A DNA stretch of 64,000 nt, taken from the NCBI RefSeq assembly GCF_009914755.1, contig NC_060940.1; one strand, written 5' to 3'. Positions 15,240 through 33,866 of the stretch are shown here, piece after piece; position 1 is the first letter of the stretch; the number at the start of each line of letters is the position of its first letter. Under the pieces are notes generated by a model, which saw only the letters and a program-made list of their open reading frames with translations, had not been told where the DNA came from and did not search any database. A program made the position numbers and the translations under genes. The DNA is from the human T2T-CHM13v2.0 reference genome, Homo sapiens.

Positions 15240-15740
15240 AAGACAAGTGGCTTCAGTTCAAATATAAGCTCTGTCGTTTGTTCAGTGTTTCACCAGACAA
15301 AGTACTTGAGTGTCCTGCTTCAGTTTCCCCATCTGTAAGCTGAGGTGAGCAAGAATACTTCACAGAGTTGTTATGAGAGATAAGTGGAATGTTTCATGGG
15401 AGGCAGTAAGCACAGTGCGTGCCACATAGTAAACACTCAATAAATGTTAGCTATTTCCACTAATACAGTATAGTATATATAATATAATAATGTTAGCTAG
15501 TTATGAGTCATTATGAACTTAGTTACTCACCCAAAGGCCCCAGTTATATCCTGAATGCACACCATGTGCCAGGCATCATGCTAACTGCTGTTTATATTTT
15601 CTTCTTTACTTCCTCCAGCAGCCTATAATGGAAGTTATCATGGTCTTTATTTTACAGGTGAGGATACTGAGCTCAGAGATGTGAAGCAACCTGCCCAAGG
15701 TCATGCACCCAGGAGTGGCAGGGTCAAGATGCAAACCCAG
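15240..15740. mobile_element. Two MIR fragments in opposite orientation
   Basis: cagtttccccatctgtaa..ctcaataaatgttagcta; tttacaggtgaggatactgagctcagag. Confidence 0.7.
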
Positions 15741-15984
15741 GCAGAAATTACTCGAAATTCCATGTTCTCTTCCCAACACAATCTCTGTCTTATTTCTGTC
15801 TTTCCAATGACACCAGTATTTCCAAACTTTCACCTTACCACATTCTTTAAGCAACACATTATGCAGATTTCTTTTTTAACTGGCAACCTGAGGCAGGTCT
15901 CTCTTAACCGCTGTCAGCCTAAGCTCACTGCTAAAGCACCATCTCTATGTGCCCCCAGACCTTTGAGCACTGTCAAAATCAGAA

Positions 15985-16490
15985 ATGCATTCACCCTGTA
16001 ACTCAGCAATTCTACTTTTGGAAATTTATCCTAGAATATACGTACACCTGTACACAATGACATACATGCAATGTTATTCATCGCATTGTGGTTTGTAATA
16101 GCAAAAGATGAGAACTTTCCCAATTGTTCATCAAGAGAGAAATAATTAAATAAGACATAATATAGCCATTATAATAGAAAAACATATAATTATAAGTAAG
16201 AATGAAAGAACTCACTATACCCTGATACAGAAAGATAAGCAGGATATAAGTTTTAAAAGGCAGGATACAGAACTGTGTAATAAAAAAAAAAGAAGTGCAT
16301 ATACATTTGTATTTGCTTGTACATACCTGAAATTCTGCAAAGATAAAGAAGAAACACATAACAATGGCTGTCTGTGAAAAGGAAATGTTCCAGGCAGAAG
16401 GGACAATTTTCACTGACTATTCTAGCATACTCTTGTTTTTAAATTTTTCAATCATATGAATGACCGGCCTGTTCAAGAAATGAAACAATT
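15985..16490 (+). mobile_element. Ancient L1ME-like 3' fragment
   Basis: cagcaattctacttttggaaatttatcc..atgttattcatcgcattgtggtttgtaatagcaaaa. Confidence 0.7.
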
Positions 16491-16689
16491 TTGAAAATAC
16501 GGGTTTTAAGAGTATAGGATTAAGAGTATAGGATTTTTTTTAAGAGTATAGGATTAAGAATCAGAAATTTGAGTCCAAGTTCGGGGCAAACTTGGATACC
16601 TTACTTTATTTCTATCAGCCTTCATTTCTTCATTAGCAAAATCTCCAAGTCCCTAAATACTGGGGACTTTGGCCAACGTTATCATAGCT

Positions 16690-16905
16690 ACCATTTATTA
16701 AGTGGTTACTTTTGCCAAGCCCTATACTGGAGCCTCCTAAGAATTTGCCTCATTGAGTCATCGCAAGCAACCCTATGAGATAGGAACTATGATTACTCCC
16801 ATCTCACAGATGAGCAAACTGAAGCTCAGTGCGGGGGTATAACTTGCCCAAGGTCACACAGCCAGTATGTGGCAGAACCAGAATTCAAACCCAGGTCTCT
16901 CAAGC
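16690..16905 (-). mobile_element. MIR
   Basis: cagatgagcaaactgaagctcag..cttgcccaaggtcacacagc. Confidence 0.8.
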
Positions 16906-17989
16906 CTGTATTTGGACTCAATGGTTTGCTGCCTCCATCCACATTGACAGTTTTCCTAGTTGTGTTCCCTGCCTCTTGCATAAATCCCACCCACCAGTTC
17001 CCTTCTGAAATTGCCAGCCTCCACCAGGCCTGGCCCTTGCTCATTTCCAATCACCCTTTATCCACCATAGCTTTGGAAATGGACTGTTACTAATGGCTAG
17101 TCATATGTCAGCCTAATGAATGGGAGGCAGACTTCCATTAAAATAATGAAATTAGCGAGTTTTGAATTTGGTTACATCGCATGGCACACAGCCTCAAGTA
17201 ATGACCACCCCATGCTCCTTCCTACAAATTAAAGTCAGTTTATTTATTTAAGGTCTTTGGCTTGGCCATCTCTATTAAGCTCACATCATCTGTTTAGGGA
17301 TGGATTTTTTTTTTTTTTTTTTTGGCCTTGTTTGTTTAAATGATGTTCGGGCTGTTCCCCTGATTAATAAAGTCGTAAACACAGTCAGGAGCAGCTTCTG
17401 AACCATGTGCAAAAGCAAAGAATGTAAGTCAAAGAACAATTCTTTGGGGGTTTGGGTTTTGTTTGTTTGGGGTGTTTTTTTTTCCTCCAAAGGATGGAAA
17501 CAATAAGAAAGAAGCTCTTTGAGCTCCAGAAACTCCAATTATGCTGACATTTCTGCTGCAGAAATACACCAAGCTCCATTTTGCAGGAACCCAGTGAACT
17601 AGCTAATCAGATTTCCTTGGATAATTTGCTCCAAAGGTCAGCTGCCTTAAAAAGCACCCAGTGCCTCATTATTTGGTAAAGCAGGCTGCATGCGGGCTGC
17701 GATTTGGAACTCAGCCTCCCATGGCAAGGTAGTTTTTCTGGAATTTTTTAGCCCAGACCCTGCAGCCTTAGCTTTGGCCAAAGTCTCATCCACCTTTGTG
17801 ATCAGCCCGCAGACAAAATCATTACCAGAAAAAGCACCTGAATCTCTGAGTCTGTGAGGTCTCTGTCTCCAAGACAGGTCTCTCTCGTGTCCCAGGAGCA
17901 CCAAAGATGGCAGACTCATCTGAAATGCTCATGCCATTGGTCAATTTCAAGGGAGGCTTTTACTGATACTGTGATGGGTAGGCGGCCAG

Positions 17990-18670
<681 letters not shown>

Positions 18671-20437
18671 TCTGTATATACCATTAAAAAATCCATTGTG
18701 TATTAGTTATAGTTTGATGAAAATAAGTTTAAATAATACATAATTATTGTTCTATTATAAACTTGATATCCTAGTCCTGATATGATATCATAGTCTTGAC
18801 ATGTGATATCATAGTCTAAAAACAAAACAACAAGACCAGAGAGGAAGGTAAAGCCATTCCTACAACTGAATTTTTATTCAATCTCTTTTAAGATCCCAGC
18901 AAAGAAAAAAAGAAACAACAAAAAGTAGGACTTTGGTTAAGCTAAAATAAAATATGATGGATAGTCTCTCTCTATAAACTGACACAGGAAAATCCAAGAC
19001 AAAGAAACTAGGTTTTGTTTGTTTGTTTGTTTGTTTTTACCACTCCCACCAACCTCACCACTCTGAAGGATTGTAATATCACAAGAATAGCTTACAAAGC
19101 AAACATCACTGGCTTAGCTTCCACTCTCACAGATTTTTAAGACACCCAGCTCCAATCCTCACCCTCTGATCCTTCTCATCTTGTAGAAAGAGATGCATGA
19201 AGAGTCCATTGTGAACCAGGCATTGTGCTTGATGACGGAGACACCAAGTCAACTTGGACCAGGTCCTTCCCCTTAAGGAGTCTTGGAAAATTTGCTCAAG
19301 AGAGTCTCAGCTGAATCTCGAAGGAAGAAGAGGAGGTAGTTGGATGAAGAAAGAAAGGAGGCTTCCAGAAAAAGAGCACAGTGCATGCCAGGACATCTAA
19401 ATCATGACACTTAGATACCTGCAGAAAGAGGACAAAATTGAGGTGGGAGGAGTTAGAAAGGGCCCCCAGGTAATGGCCTTGTGTGGTAAAGGATTTAACT
19501 TTCTCCTGAAGGAGATAAGGAGTTTTAAGCAAGCATTTTAGAAAGATTCAGCAGAGGACAGTGGATAGAGGGTGAGGCCAAAAGCAGGAAGACTATCATC
19601 CAGGCCACACATTTCTGAATACAATGCCCAGAGACAGTGGGAGAGATTTCTCCAAGGATTCTTTGCAGGAAACAAGGGTCCCTGCAATGATGAGACCTGA
19701 GTTTCCTATTTCTCTAGTAGCTTTGTAGCTCAGCACCCATCCCAACTGCAGCTGGAAGATGTCCTCTGCTATTTCTCCATTCCATACTCCAAGTCCCTGC
19801 CCTGCAGTATGTATGTACCTTTTGCCACCCACCCTCTGACTCTGTTACATTGTATATTGAATCTTCAACCTAAAGATCTCAACTGCTTACAAAAAAGAAG
19901 AGAATTATGTGGGCTTAATAATGTTAAGGGCAGTTACCACATGAGCACTGACTATATCCAAGCATTGTGTTAGCCTTTAACCTGCAAAGAAAAATACAAT
20001 TATCCCCATCTCAGAACATAAGAGGAAAATTGAGACTCCCAAGAAGTTAAATAACCTCCTATATAGCTTTTAACATGGGTGGGGATAGGATATGGATTTG
20101 AGAATGTCTGATTCCAACCACCCTTTTATGGCACCTCACTGGCTCACTTTTAATTTCACTTGCTGATTTATTACAAATCTCCCTCTCCTTCAGAATCAAA
20201 CACAAACTCATTATGCTGGGCCAAAATAAAATCTGAATGGCCATACCCAATTGTTTTTAAAATGTTCAGCCTTCCCTGACAGATGTATGACATTGCAACA
20301 CTACAGCTTTGGAGTGGCTGGCTTAACGCCAAGGAGTGGTTCCAAATCTCTTTTCCAGTGGAACAGTAGCACAAATTTGGTCTACCATCTAAAACCAAAT
20401 AATGGCTGCCCTTTTCCTCTTCCTGGAAAAAAATGAC

Positions 20438-20840
20438 ATAGATGGGTAAATGGATTAATGAATGGATTAGACGGATAAATGGATGGATGAGTGAATAGAT
20501 GGATGGATGGATAAATGGATGTGTGTGTGGATGGATAGATGGATGGATAAATGGGTAAGTAAATGAATAGATGGATAAATGGATGAATGGATGGATGAAT
20601 GAATGGATAGATGAATGCAAAGTGGATGGATAGATGGATGGATAAGTGGATGAAAGAATGGATAGATTAATGGAAAGTAAATAGATAGATGGATGGATAA
20701 ATGGATGAATGGATGGATGGGTAAATAGATGAATAAATTGATGGATGCATAAATGGATCCATCTATGGATAGGTGGCTAGATAATAAATGGATGGGTAGA
20801 TGAATAAATGGATAGATGGGTGAATAAATGAATACATGAA
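20438..20840. repeat. Degenerate (TGGA/TGAA/TAGA)n simple repeat, about 400 bp
   Basis: Visible directly; source of the IHPS-repeat pseudo-ORFs. Confidence 0.95.
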
Positions 20841-21409
20841 TATACATTTACAATATAGAATATTTCTCAAGGGGAACATAGAAAACTATCAATAGTGGTT
20901 GCCATTTCTGTGAAGAAACAAACTGGTTAGGACAAGGATGGGAGTGGAAACTACCTTTTACTATACACTCTTTTGTATCTTTCCAATTTTGAGCCATACG
21001 TGTATAATACCTATTTTTAAAATAAATAGCAATATAAAACTAATTTCAAATACTTTTGTTAAATGTATATATGAATGGGTGGACAGAAGAATAAATAAGT
21101 CCTAAGTTTTTAAACAAATAAGATTCAACTGTTATTTTCCCCACTGATTTTTCTTTAAATCTCGGCACTAACTTCTACTTCCCTACATAAGAACATAATG
21201 TAATGCGTATCCACCTTAGTGCACAATCAACTACAAAATTTGGTTATTCAAATGGAATATGTCAATAACATTGTGTTGCTTTGCAAAGAGCACCTTGACT
21301 TCAAGGTGTGTCCGCTTACGTCTGTTCAAGGACCTCTCTGCAGGAGTTAGAGTAAGGGACAACAGTGCTGAGGCCTGGACACATGATCCCACCCAAGTTT
21401 CTTTTTCTG

Positions 21410-21715
21410 TTGTTGGTTTTTATTTTGTTTTGTTTTTTTGAGACAGGGTCTCACCCTATCACCTAGACTGGAGTACAGTGGCACAATCTCGGCTCACTTT
21501 AGTATCCACCTTTCGGACTCAGGCAATTTTCCCATTTCAGCCTCCCGAGTAGCTGGGACTACAGGCATGCACCACCATCCCTGGCTAATTTTTTGTAGAG
21601 ATGGGGTCTCATCAGGTTGCCCAGGCTGGTCTCAGACTCCTGGACTCAAGCGATCTGGCCTGCCTTGACCTACCCAAAGTGCTGGGATTACAGGTGTGAG
21701 CCACCACACTTAGCC
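21410..21715 (-). mobile_element. Alu (AluJ-like)
   Basis: gagacagggtctc..cctggactcaagcgatc; ccaagtttcttt on both flanks. Confidence 0.92.
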
Positions 21716-23316
21716 AAGTTTCTTTAAGCCATAATTCTCCTCTGTGCAAGACCTGCATACTGGGCTTCTGAACACTGCCCCCTGCACCATTTGGGGAACA
21801 TAAGGAAGGGCTATGAGTAAGGAGACCTTGCCAAGGGAAAGATTAAAAAACAAACAACTTCCCCAGCCACCATCAATAGCATTTCCAGGAAGAAATAAAC
21901 AGAACGGACTCTTGGCCATAAAGGATTTATCACTTTCCTTTCCATTGGTGTGGAAATGAAGCAGGGTTGCTTCAAAACTGCATTTTCCAGCTTTCCAAGG
22001 AGCTGTGTGGATTCCATATCCTAGAGAAGTCGACACCGTTCTAGTAAGTTGGCATGGACCCCAGGTCCTACCCTTAAGGGCTTAATACTCTGATGCAATA
22101 TATAAAATATAATTTAATAAAAGACTGAGGCAGTATTTGTGTACCAAGTGTCTATAGCAAGTACCAAGGTATTTGCATGGATTGGGGGTGGTAGCAAGTG
22201 TGTGATATTCTCCTTCTAAATCCCCTGCGTGTGGGGATGGAATTTTTAACAGTGGGCGATGTGATAGGACGATCAGAGATATGCAAAACCACCTTTTTAG
22301 TGGTGGGACACAGTCACAGTTGTATTCCTTCTGGGACTATTTGGAAATCACACATTTCTCATCAAGTAAGAAAATGAAAACAGAGAAAAACCAGTTGACA
22401 GTGATGGCTCAATAGCGCCATCTCGTGGTGATCTCTGTCCCCACTCCAAGAGCAGTCCATGGGCCCCACCCCTTCCGGGATGTTTTGCCCCCTCTGTATC
22501 TGAGTCCCAGAAGGCAGTGCAAAAGGGATCTGGGCAAAACAGAGTATCCTACAGATTGGAACAGTGACCAACGGCATCTTTAAGGAGGAGAAATTTGAAA
22601 TGGGTTCTAAAGGAATAGATACCCAGGCATCAAAGAGAAGCAAAGACATTTTTGATGAAGGGCATAGTGCAAACCAAGGTTGGTGGCTGGAAAATGTCAG
22701 ATCCTTTGAGGATATGAGGCTGGAAAGTCAGTCTGGGTTGGTGAGGACTCACTGCTGGGCTGCTGTGGGCATGAGATGTCCTTGGGGAGGTACAGACTTT
22801 CTGCGAGACAGAAAGTCAAAAATCATCTCCATTCACCTGTGGACCAGCACCGTGCTAAATTACATCACATACATCAGTTTATGTATGCATAAACATACAT
22901 CAGTTTATCTGCCCTCAAGGGGTGATACTATTATGAACCTCCACTTGACAGATCAAGAAAGCAAGGCCCAAAGAAGTTAAATCGCTTACCTGAAGTGACT
23001 TAGCTAACAAGCGGCAGAGCCAGGATTTGAACCAAGATCTCTGCCCAACTTCAAAGCATGGTCTTGCTCTTCATAAAGGTGTTCTCATCTGCAGGTCTCT
23101 GCTGTTGCTTGTGGCAAAGACAGTTGTCACATATGAAATTGCTCAATCCAAAGTGCTTCTGCTTTAAATCTAAATAGTTACCAAACATTCTGCCCCCTGT
23201 AAAGCTGAAGTTTCTCCCGAAGGCTTCAGGCTTGTGCCCTAGGACTTCTTGCCACCTGGCCAGCTGGTCACAGTGTCTTTGAATGACTGGGGGACAGATG
23301 TGGCAAAATGGTAAAG

Positions 23317-24074
<758 letters not shown>

Positions 24075-24169
24075 GGAAGGTTGTGAGGTCTGGGATCTAA
24101 ATCCCAGCTCTGCCCCTGAGTTGTTCAAGCATAGCCTGTCCAAAGCTGAGTTCCCTTGATCTTTTTCCC

Positions 24170-24760
24170 CAAACTCCTCCTCCTCTGCTAACCCAGCCAC
24201 CATCAACGCTCCTCCTCCAACCACACATTCCACCTTGCCCCTCCTGGAACAGAGATTCCCACCTCAGGACCTTTGCACTGGCTGTTGCCTCCACCTAGAA
24301 CTGCTTTGCCCTCCAATATCGACACTGCTCCCTCATGTCCTTCAAGTCTTTGCATAACTGTCGCCATCTCAATGAGGCCAAGCCTGGCCACCACCACCAC
24401 CCCGAACTGCACGCCCTACACCCCGTTACCTTCTCTGTATTTCTCATAGCAGTTGCCACCTTCTACAATGCCATGTAATTTACTTGTTTTGTTTCCGGTT
24501 TACTGTGTGCCTTCCCCCACTGGTATCAATGTGCCCCAGTGACTGGTAGAACCTAGGTAGTAACTGAACACGTGTTCCCTATGAAATTGGTTTAACTCTG
24601 CTGTATGTGTGAAATTTTTTGTAATAAAATATTAGGGATAATGGTCTCAAAGGCAGTCGTTTTATCTGCTTTGTTCACTGATGTATCCCAAGTGTCTGAA
24701 ACAAGACCTGGCTCATAGAAGGTGCACTATAAACATTACTGAATGGAGGAATTAAGGAGT
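24170..24760 (+). mobile_element. L2 3' fragment(s)
   Basis: cctcaggacctttgcactggctgtt..ttgttcactgatgtatccc. Confidence 0.7.
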
Positions 24761-24841
24761 ACATGTGTTACTTAGGGCAAGTTATCTTATCTCCCTAAAG
24801 CTCTAGGTGTCAACTACAAAGGGGCAAAATAGTAGCTATTT

Positions 24842-25143
24842 TTCATTTATTAAGTATTTATTGAGCATCTACTATATATCTAGAACTACTATATATGTAG
24901 GTACTAGAGATACAACTGTGTGAAAGACAGACCAAGTCCTCCTTCTCATGGAGCTTTCAATCCAGATAGGGAAACATGACCACAATTTCATGTAACTCCT
25001 TCATTTATTACTTATTGAGCATCTACTATATATCTGGAACTATGTAGGTAGTAGAGATACAACTGTGTGAAAGGTAGACCAAGTCCTCCTCATGGAGCTT
25101 TCAATCCAGATAGGGAAACAAGACCACAATTTCATGTAACTCC
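24842..25143. repeat. Tandem duplication of about 150 bp (24842-24999 / 25000-25143) of an L2-like fragment
   Basis: Both copies: ttcatttatta..ttattgagcatctactatatatct..catggagctttcaatccagatagggaaaca..gaccacaatttcatgtaactcc. Confidence 0.92.
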
Positions 25144-26964
25144 AATGCCATCTATGAGATTGCCTAATACCTGTGTGTCCCAACTCTGTCACAGGGATTC
25201 AGGGAGGACCACTCAGCTGAGTGGCATCAAAACTGAGCACTGAATCTTAATTGTTAGGATTCTGCTAATAAGAAAACTGCATCTTTATTTTGCTGAGGGC
25301 AACAATGTATCCAGCTAAAGATCATCTTTCACTAGCATCTCTTGCAGCTAGGGCTGGCCATCTGACGTAGTTGTGACCAGTGAAAAGAAGGGAGAGCGCA
25401 CCTTTAGTTTTCTGGCTTGCTGCCCTCCCTTGGCTTCTATGCCTGCTGACGTGATGCCTGGAGATGAAGCAGCTATTTTGTAACCATGAGGATAGAAATT
25501 GCACAGCAGAGCAAGAAAATGAAAAAAGTGGGGGTTTCTGATGGTCTCTTTGATTCACTCTACCAACATGGCTTGCCTACTGTTTAGCTTATTGTGTAAG
25601 CCAAATAAACCCTTGCACCTTCAAGCCATGATAATAGAGTTTTCTGATACTTACAGCCGTATCTGTTGTCCCAAGCAAGATATGAACGAGGTTAAGAGGA
25701 TGAAAGTGAAATGTACTAAGCCCAGGGCACAGCATGTGCAAAGGACCAGAGGTGTGAGTGAGCAAAGTCAATTCCAGCAACACAAAGTTCAGGGCAGCTG
25801 AAGTGGAGTGGGCAAAAAGCAGGTGGTGAGTGAAGAGTTTGCAAGAGCAAACAGGGATCCCACTGAAATCAAGGTTTTGTAAATCGAATTGGAGAAACAG
25901 TGAAGAGCCATAGCAAGCTGCTAAGAAAAATTTGAGTTAATTTATGGAAAGTGTCCAATGCACAGTGGGTGCCCAAGATATAAGCACCGTGAGTATCATC
26001 TTACCTTGGAATACACACAAAATTAACTCCTCCGACAAAATGAAGATGCATCACTTTTATCTGCAAGCCCGCCGGAGGTCACAGACACGTGCAGAGGGAA
26101 AACAGTATGGTGAGACGGAGAAAAACAATCCAGCCAGGACAGTTACACCGACGCTTTATTCATATCTGCCACCATCGGGATTGATTCCCACACAGTGACT
26201 CACTCACAGCACCAACCTCTTTAATCAACTGTGCTGAGCAGTGACATCCAAGCTCACCTCGGAAAACGACGGAAACTCCAAGGCAAGGTGGCCTCCCGAA
26301 GTGGCCTTTTCCCTTCCCTCCTCATCCCTGGGCTGTTTCCAGCAGACGGCAGTGAACGCCTAAATGAGGGTTTGATCAATGGAGGCCAAGCTGATATTGA
26401 CAAAGCAGCTGCAGTTTCCGCAAATCACCCAGCACTCATAGATACTGAAGATTAATCTTTACAAATACGGGGCAAAGGGGGAGAGAAAAAACCAAGTCGA
26501 TTTAGTTTCCGATTATTACTTTCTCCAGAAGGCACTGAAGAGTCAAAAGTTTAACTGATGTACATTAGACAGGGAGACAAATCCAGAAATATCACCCAAT
26601 TACCCGGTAGCTTCTAGAAGGTATTTTTCATGACAGCAGGTGGGTTTGCCTTTTCTAAATCAGGAAGGAGACAAGACACCGCTAAGAGGATGTTGACTTG
26701 GCCCAGCGCACAAGCACTAACCTCACCGGACAAATAGAAGCCTGAAAATTTGTCCTCAGTCTACACGGTCCCCATGAAAACACATTTCCACCGATTTCCT
26801 AGTTATTTCTGTTTTATGCCTCATGTTTAGAAAGTGAATTCTTCCTTCCTGGAACAAGATGGACTTTTTTTTAACTACAAAGAAATAATAAATAAGTGCT
26901 TAGCCTCCCTAGGCCTCCATTTTCACATCCAGAGAGTGGGTACAGCCCAGGACGTAATGTTTAG

Positions 26965-27152
26965 AGGGCACTGACACCATCTAGAGTGGATCATTCTCTA
27001 CCGTGCAGGGCTATTCCGCCCACTGCAGGATGTTTACTGGCATCCCTGAAGTCTACGCACCAGATGCCAGTAGCACCATTTCCTCATCCCCAGTTGTGAC
27101 AACTGAAAATGTCTCCAGACGTGACCAAATGTCCCTGAGAGACAAAACCACT
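26965..27152. mobile_element. MER20 fragment
   Basis: gcactgac..gcaggatgtt..cagatgccagtagcac..gttgtgacaac..aatgtctccagac. Confidence 0.8.
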
Positions 27153-27916
27153 TGCATAGTCATGAACAGATAACACGACTAAGAATGGGGAAAACGTGAA
27201 TCAAAAGATGTTCCATGCTGTGTTCACATAAGCAATAAAACCAAATGCTTGAATTTGATGCTAGTTATAACCTTTTTATTCATGTCCATGTCACAGCCAA
27301 AGAACTGTTTTTGTTTTTTTGTTTTTTTTTTTTTGCAGAGACAGCATTTCATTTATTTCAGGACACTTTCACAGAAGTATTCATATATTCTGGCAAAATG
27401 AAATCATATATTACACAAACATTTCATTTCCATAGTTAGTACAGAAGAGGAAAAATTATTTGTGGTCAAAATTACTCCTGAGATTCCTTTAAATCAACCA
27501 TAATTTATAGAGTGCGCATGTACTTGTGTATGTAATCATTTTAAGTCATAACTATGCCCCTCGAACAGTTGGAAGTCACTGAGCTGGACCGAAGAATTCA
27601 CAAAAGAGAAAGCTCTTCACAGATACTTGGGTTTTGAAACCATTCTGCCATTAGATAGCTACCTAGTCCTCAAGGTGAACTAAGCACGATGGAGGAATTC
27701 CAAGTGTGGCTTCCCACCTGCAGGGTCGACTCCACTGAGACTCTGCTGCTAACCTCAGCATACAACCCTAGATGATCTTGTCGTGAAGATGAAGGAGATC
27801 ACAGACAACATCTTGCCAGGGACTGAGTTTTAATGCTGGCGTTTTAGTTATCCTGTTGGGCTACAAAAACATGTCAGGCAAGATGTTAAGTTTTGTTTAA
27901 AGCATCAAGAATTCCA

Positions 27917-28604
<688 letters not shown>

Positions 28605-28779
28605 AAAAGTGGTTCTGTCCTGCTTACACCCTCTTCTCACGCTTTTCAGGCACAAAGAAGGGCCAAGAGCAAGAGAGGATTTCTTTGGAGAGAGTCTGTT
28701 GAAGACACGCCTTCATGTTACAAGATCTTGAAACTCATGGGCACCATGGTCTGGGATCTGAATCCTGCAGCAAAGCTCT

Positions 28780-29287
<508 letters not shown>

Positions 29288-29299
29288 CCAGGATGCTTA

Positions 29300-30810
<1,511 letters not shown>

Positions 30811-31630
30811 ACAATCAGAGGTGCTTGTTTTAAACTCAGGTTCCTGGACCCCACTGTTTTTAACAGTTCAGCTTGATATCCAAGCCTGTAAGAGACACTT
30901 TGATTCTCTGGATTAAAATGAGAGACAGTGAGAGGAGAGGAAGAAGAATAGAGGAGGAGAGCTTTCTCTCTAAAAATCTAAGGGATTCCAATTAAAAATC
31001 ACCTCTCATTGTACATGCAGAAAATGTACAGTGAGACACAAAGATGGGCTGGAAGACAAAACTCTGAAACTAGTCTGGGAGGGTTAAGTGACTTCATGGA
31101 AATACTAAAATATCAAAATGCTCTAAACTTTCCATTTTTACTTCTAAATGTGCTGAGAAAAAAATCTGATTATTTGACAGGAATTTTAAAAAGAACAATT
31201 TTTATAAAACTAAAATCACATTCCTGAACACTCAAATGCTTAGCATAGGGGATGAAATTGACCTGGAATTTTCTTTGTGAGAGGAAGGACCAAGTTCCCA
31301 ATGTGGATACGTTACCAGTTAGATTTTCCAAGCACAGTTCATACTGCAGAATTCACCTAACTTGATTTAGGTTTCTCCTTTATAATCAGTTTCCACTTGA
31401 ACTTCAACTACCACGAAAAAGTAAGTAAGTAAAGCAAAGATGTAAATTCTTGGGAACTTTGTTATGAGAGGAACTTTCTAGACTGCACTTAGTTGTCTTA
31501 TTTAATTAGCTACCAGGGAAACAAAACATATAGTATGTCCAAGGAGTTGACTCAATGGAATGCTGTCATGCTAAACAGATCTAACGTCATGCTGGGTGAG
31601 ACACACAGTCTATTTTAGAAAGCCAAACAG

Positions 31631-31940
<310 letters not shown>

Positions 31941-32686
31941 AAGCAAAACAGAAGCAAAGCATGCAAGAGGTTTATTCCAAGCCTCTGACAGTAGGAGTCC
32001 TGAAATCCACCTGGTGGATGAAGGAGGAGACAAAATTTAGAGGACTTGGCAGAATCACAGAATGTGGGGAGATGTTTCCAAAGGGGGCCTCATCTCATGC
32101 TGCAAACGTTTTGTCTGGAGAATACCAAAAAAAAAAAAAAAAAAAAAAAGTTTTGTCTGTGTCTTGTGTCTTGGGTTGTTTTGTTGTTGTTGTTTTTTAA
32201 CGTCATCAATGAGGCGTTCCTTGTTCTGCTGAGGCCCTAGAAGCATTCAGGAAAGGAAATGCAGAGGTGGGAACTGGAGAGAAATAATGTGCTCAATAAA
32301 AGGAGTAAGGTTTTGGAGCCAGACAAGAAAAAAAATGAGAAGCAGAGCTGGGGAAAGAATAGAGGGTTCTAGAAGCCTGAATGTGCCAGAAAATCATCCC
32401 CTCCAGAATCCCCCAGTCTTCAGTGAAGCCCTATGAACTCACTAGCTGAGTAGGTTTCCTGCAGGCAATGGGAGACGCAAAGTTCTGCACTTAAGCTCCT
32501 GTAGGGGAAAAAGCAGAGCCAGCGTGGGTTGGGGGCACCAGGGCCAGAGGCAGATACGACCTTGAGAAGGTCGCCCTCCCCAGATTAGCAGGAAGTAGCC
32601 TGCATAGAAGATCTTACCTAGATCTTTGAGGATTCAGGGGACCCCAGCTGACATGTCGGTTATTCTACTTAATTATAAAATGTTTG

Positions 32687-33344
<658 letters not shown>

Positions 33345-33647
33345 CTATGGGTTCCTGGAGGACAGGTGCACTTCTCAGCCATCTCTGGATGCACTGATGT
33401 GGCCATCTTTGTTAGTGTACTGGTATGGACCAGTAGGGTCCATGCTTGCACAAATCCCAACAATCGGTATTTACATCTCTTTGCTTGGCCAGGGCCCACA
33501 ATGCCTGTGCATAGGACAGGTCAGAAGTCCTGGAGAATTAACATACCTCCTGCATTAGGTCTTCACCAGTGACTAACTGGAGGGATGTATAAATATCCCA
33601 GCTCCTTCACTCCTCCAGGGGGTGATTCTGAGCTACATGCTCAACAC

Positions 33648-33866
33648 TAGGGTTGGCAAACTTCTTGAAAAAGGGTCATATAGTAAATATTTTATGTTTT
33701 GCAGGTCATATTGTCTCTCACAGATGCTCAGCTCTGCTGCTGTTGTATAAAAGCTGCCATGGGCTATACATAAATGAAAGGGTGTGACTGTATTCCAGGA
33801 ACATTTTATTGAAATAACAGGTGGCAGAACAGGTTTGCCATGGGCCAATAGTTTGCAAATCCCTGC
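33648..33866. mobile_element. MER58A-like MITE, within a probable old ERVL LTR (~33380-34060)
   Basis: agggttggcaaact..atagtaaatatttt..tagtttgcaaatccctg. Confidence 0.75.

Noticed and set aside
20171-20847. His/Ile/Pro/Ser-repeat ORFs (149 and 126 aa)
   Set aside because: Translation of the (TCCA)n simple repeat
22564-22980. 138-aa ORF
   Set aside because: Non-ATG start, no recognisable domain, overlaps L2/MIR-like remnants
32612-32620. Minus-strand donor TAG|GTAAGA as an internal exon of the candidate transcript
   Set aside because: Isolated motif with no convincing paired acceptor; such motifs are frequent by chance
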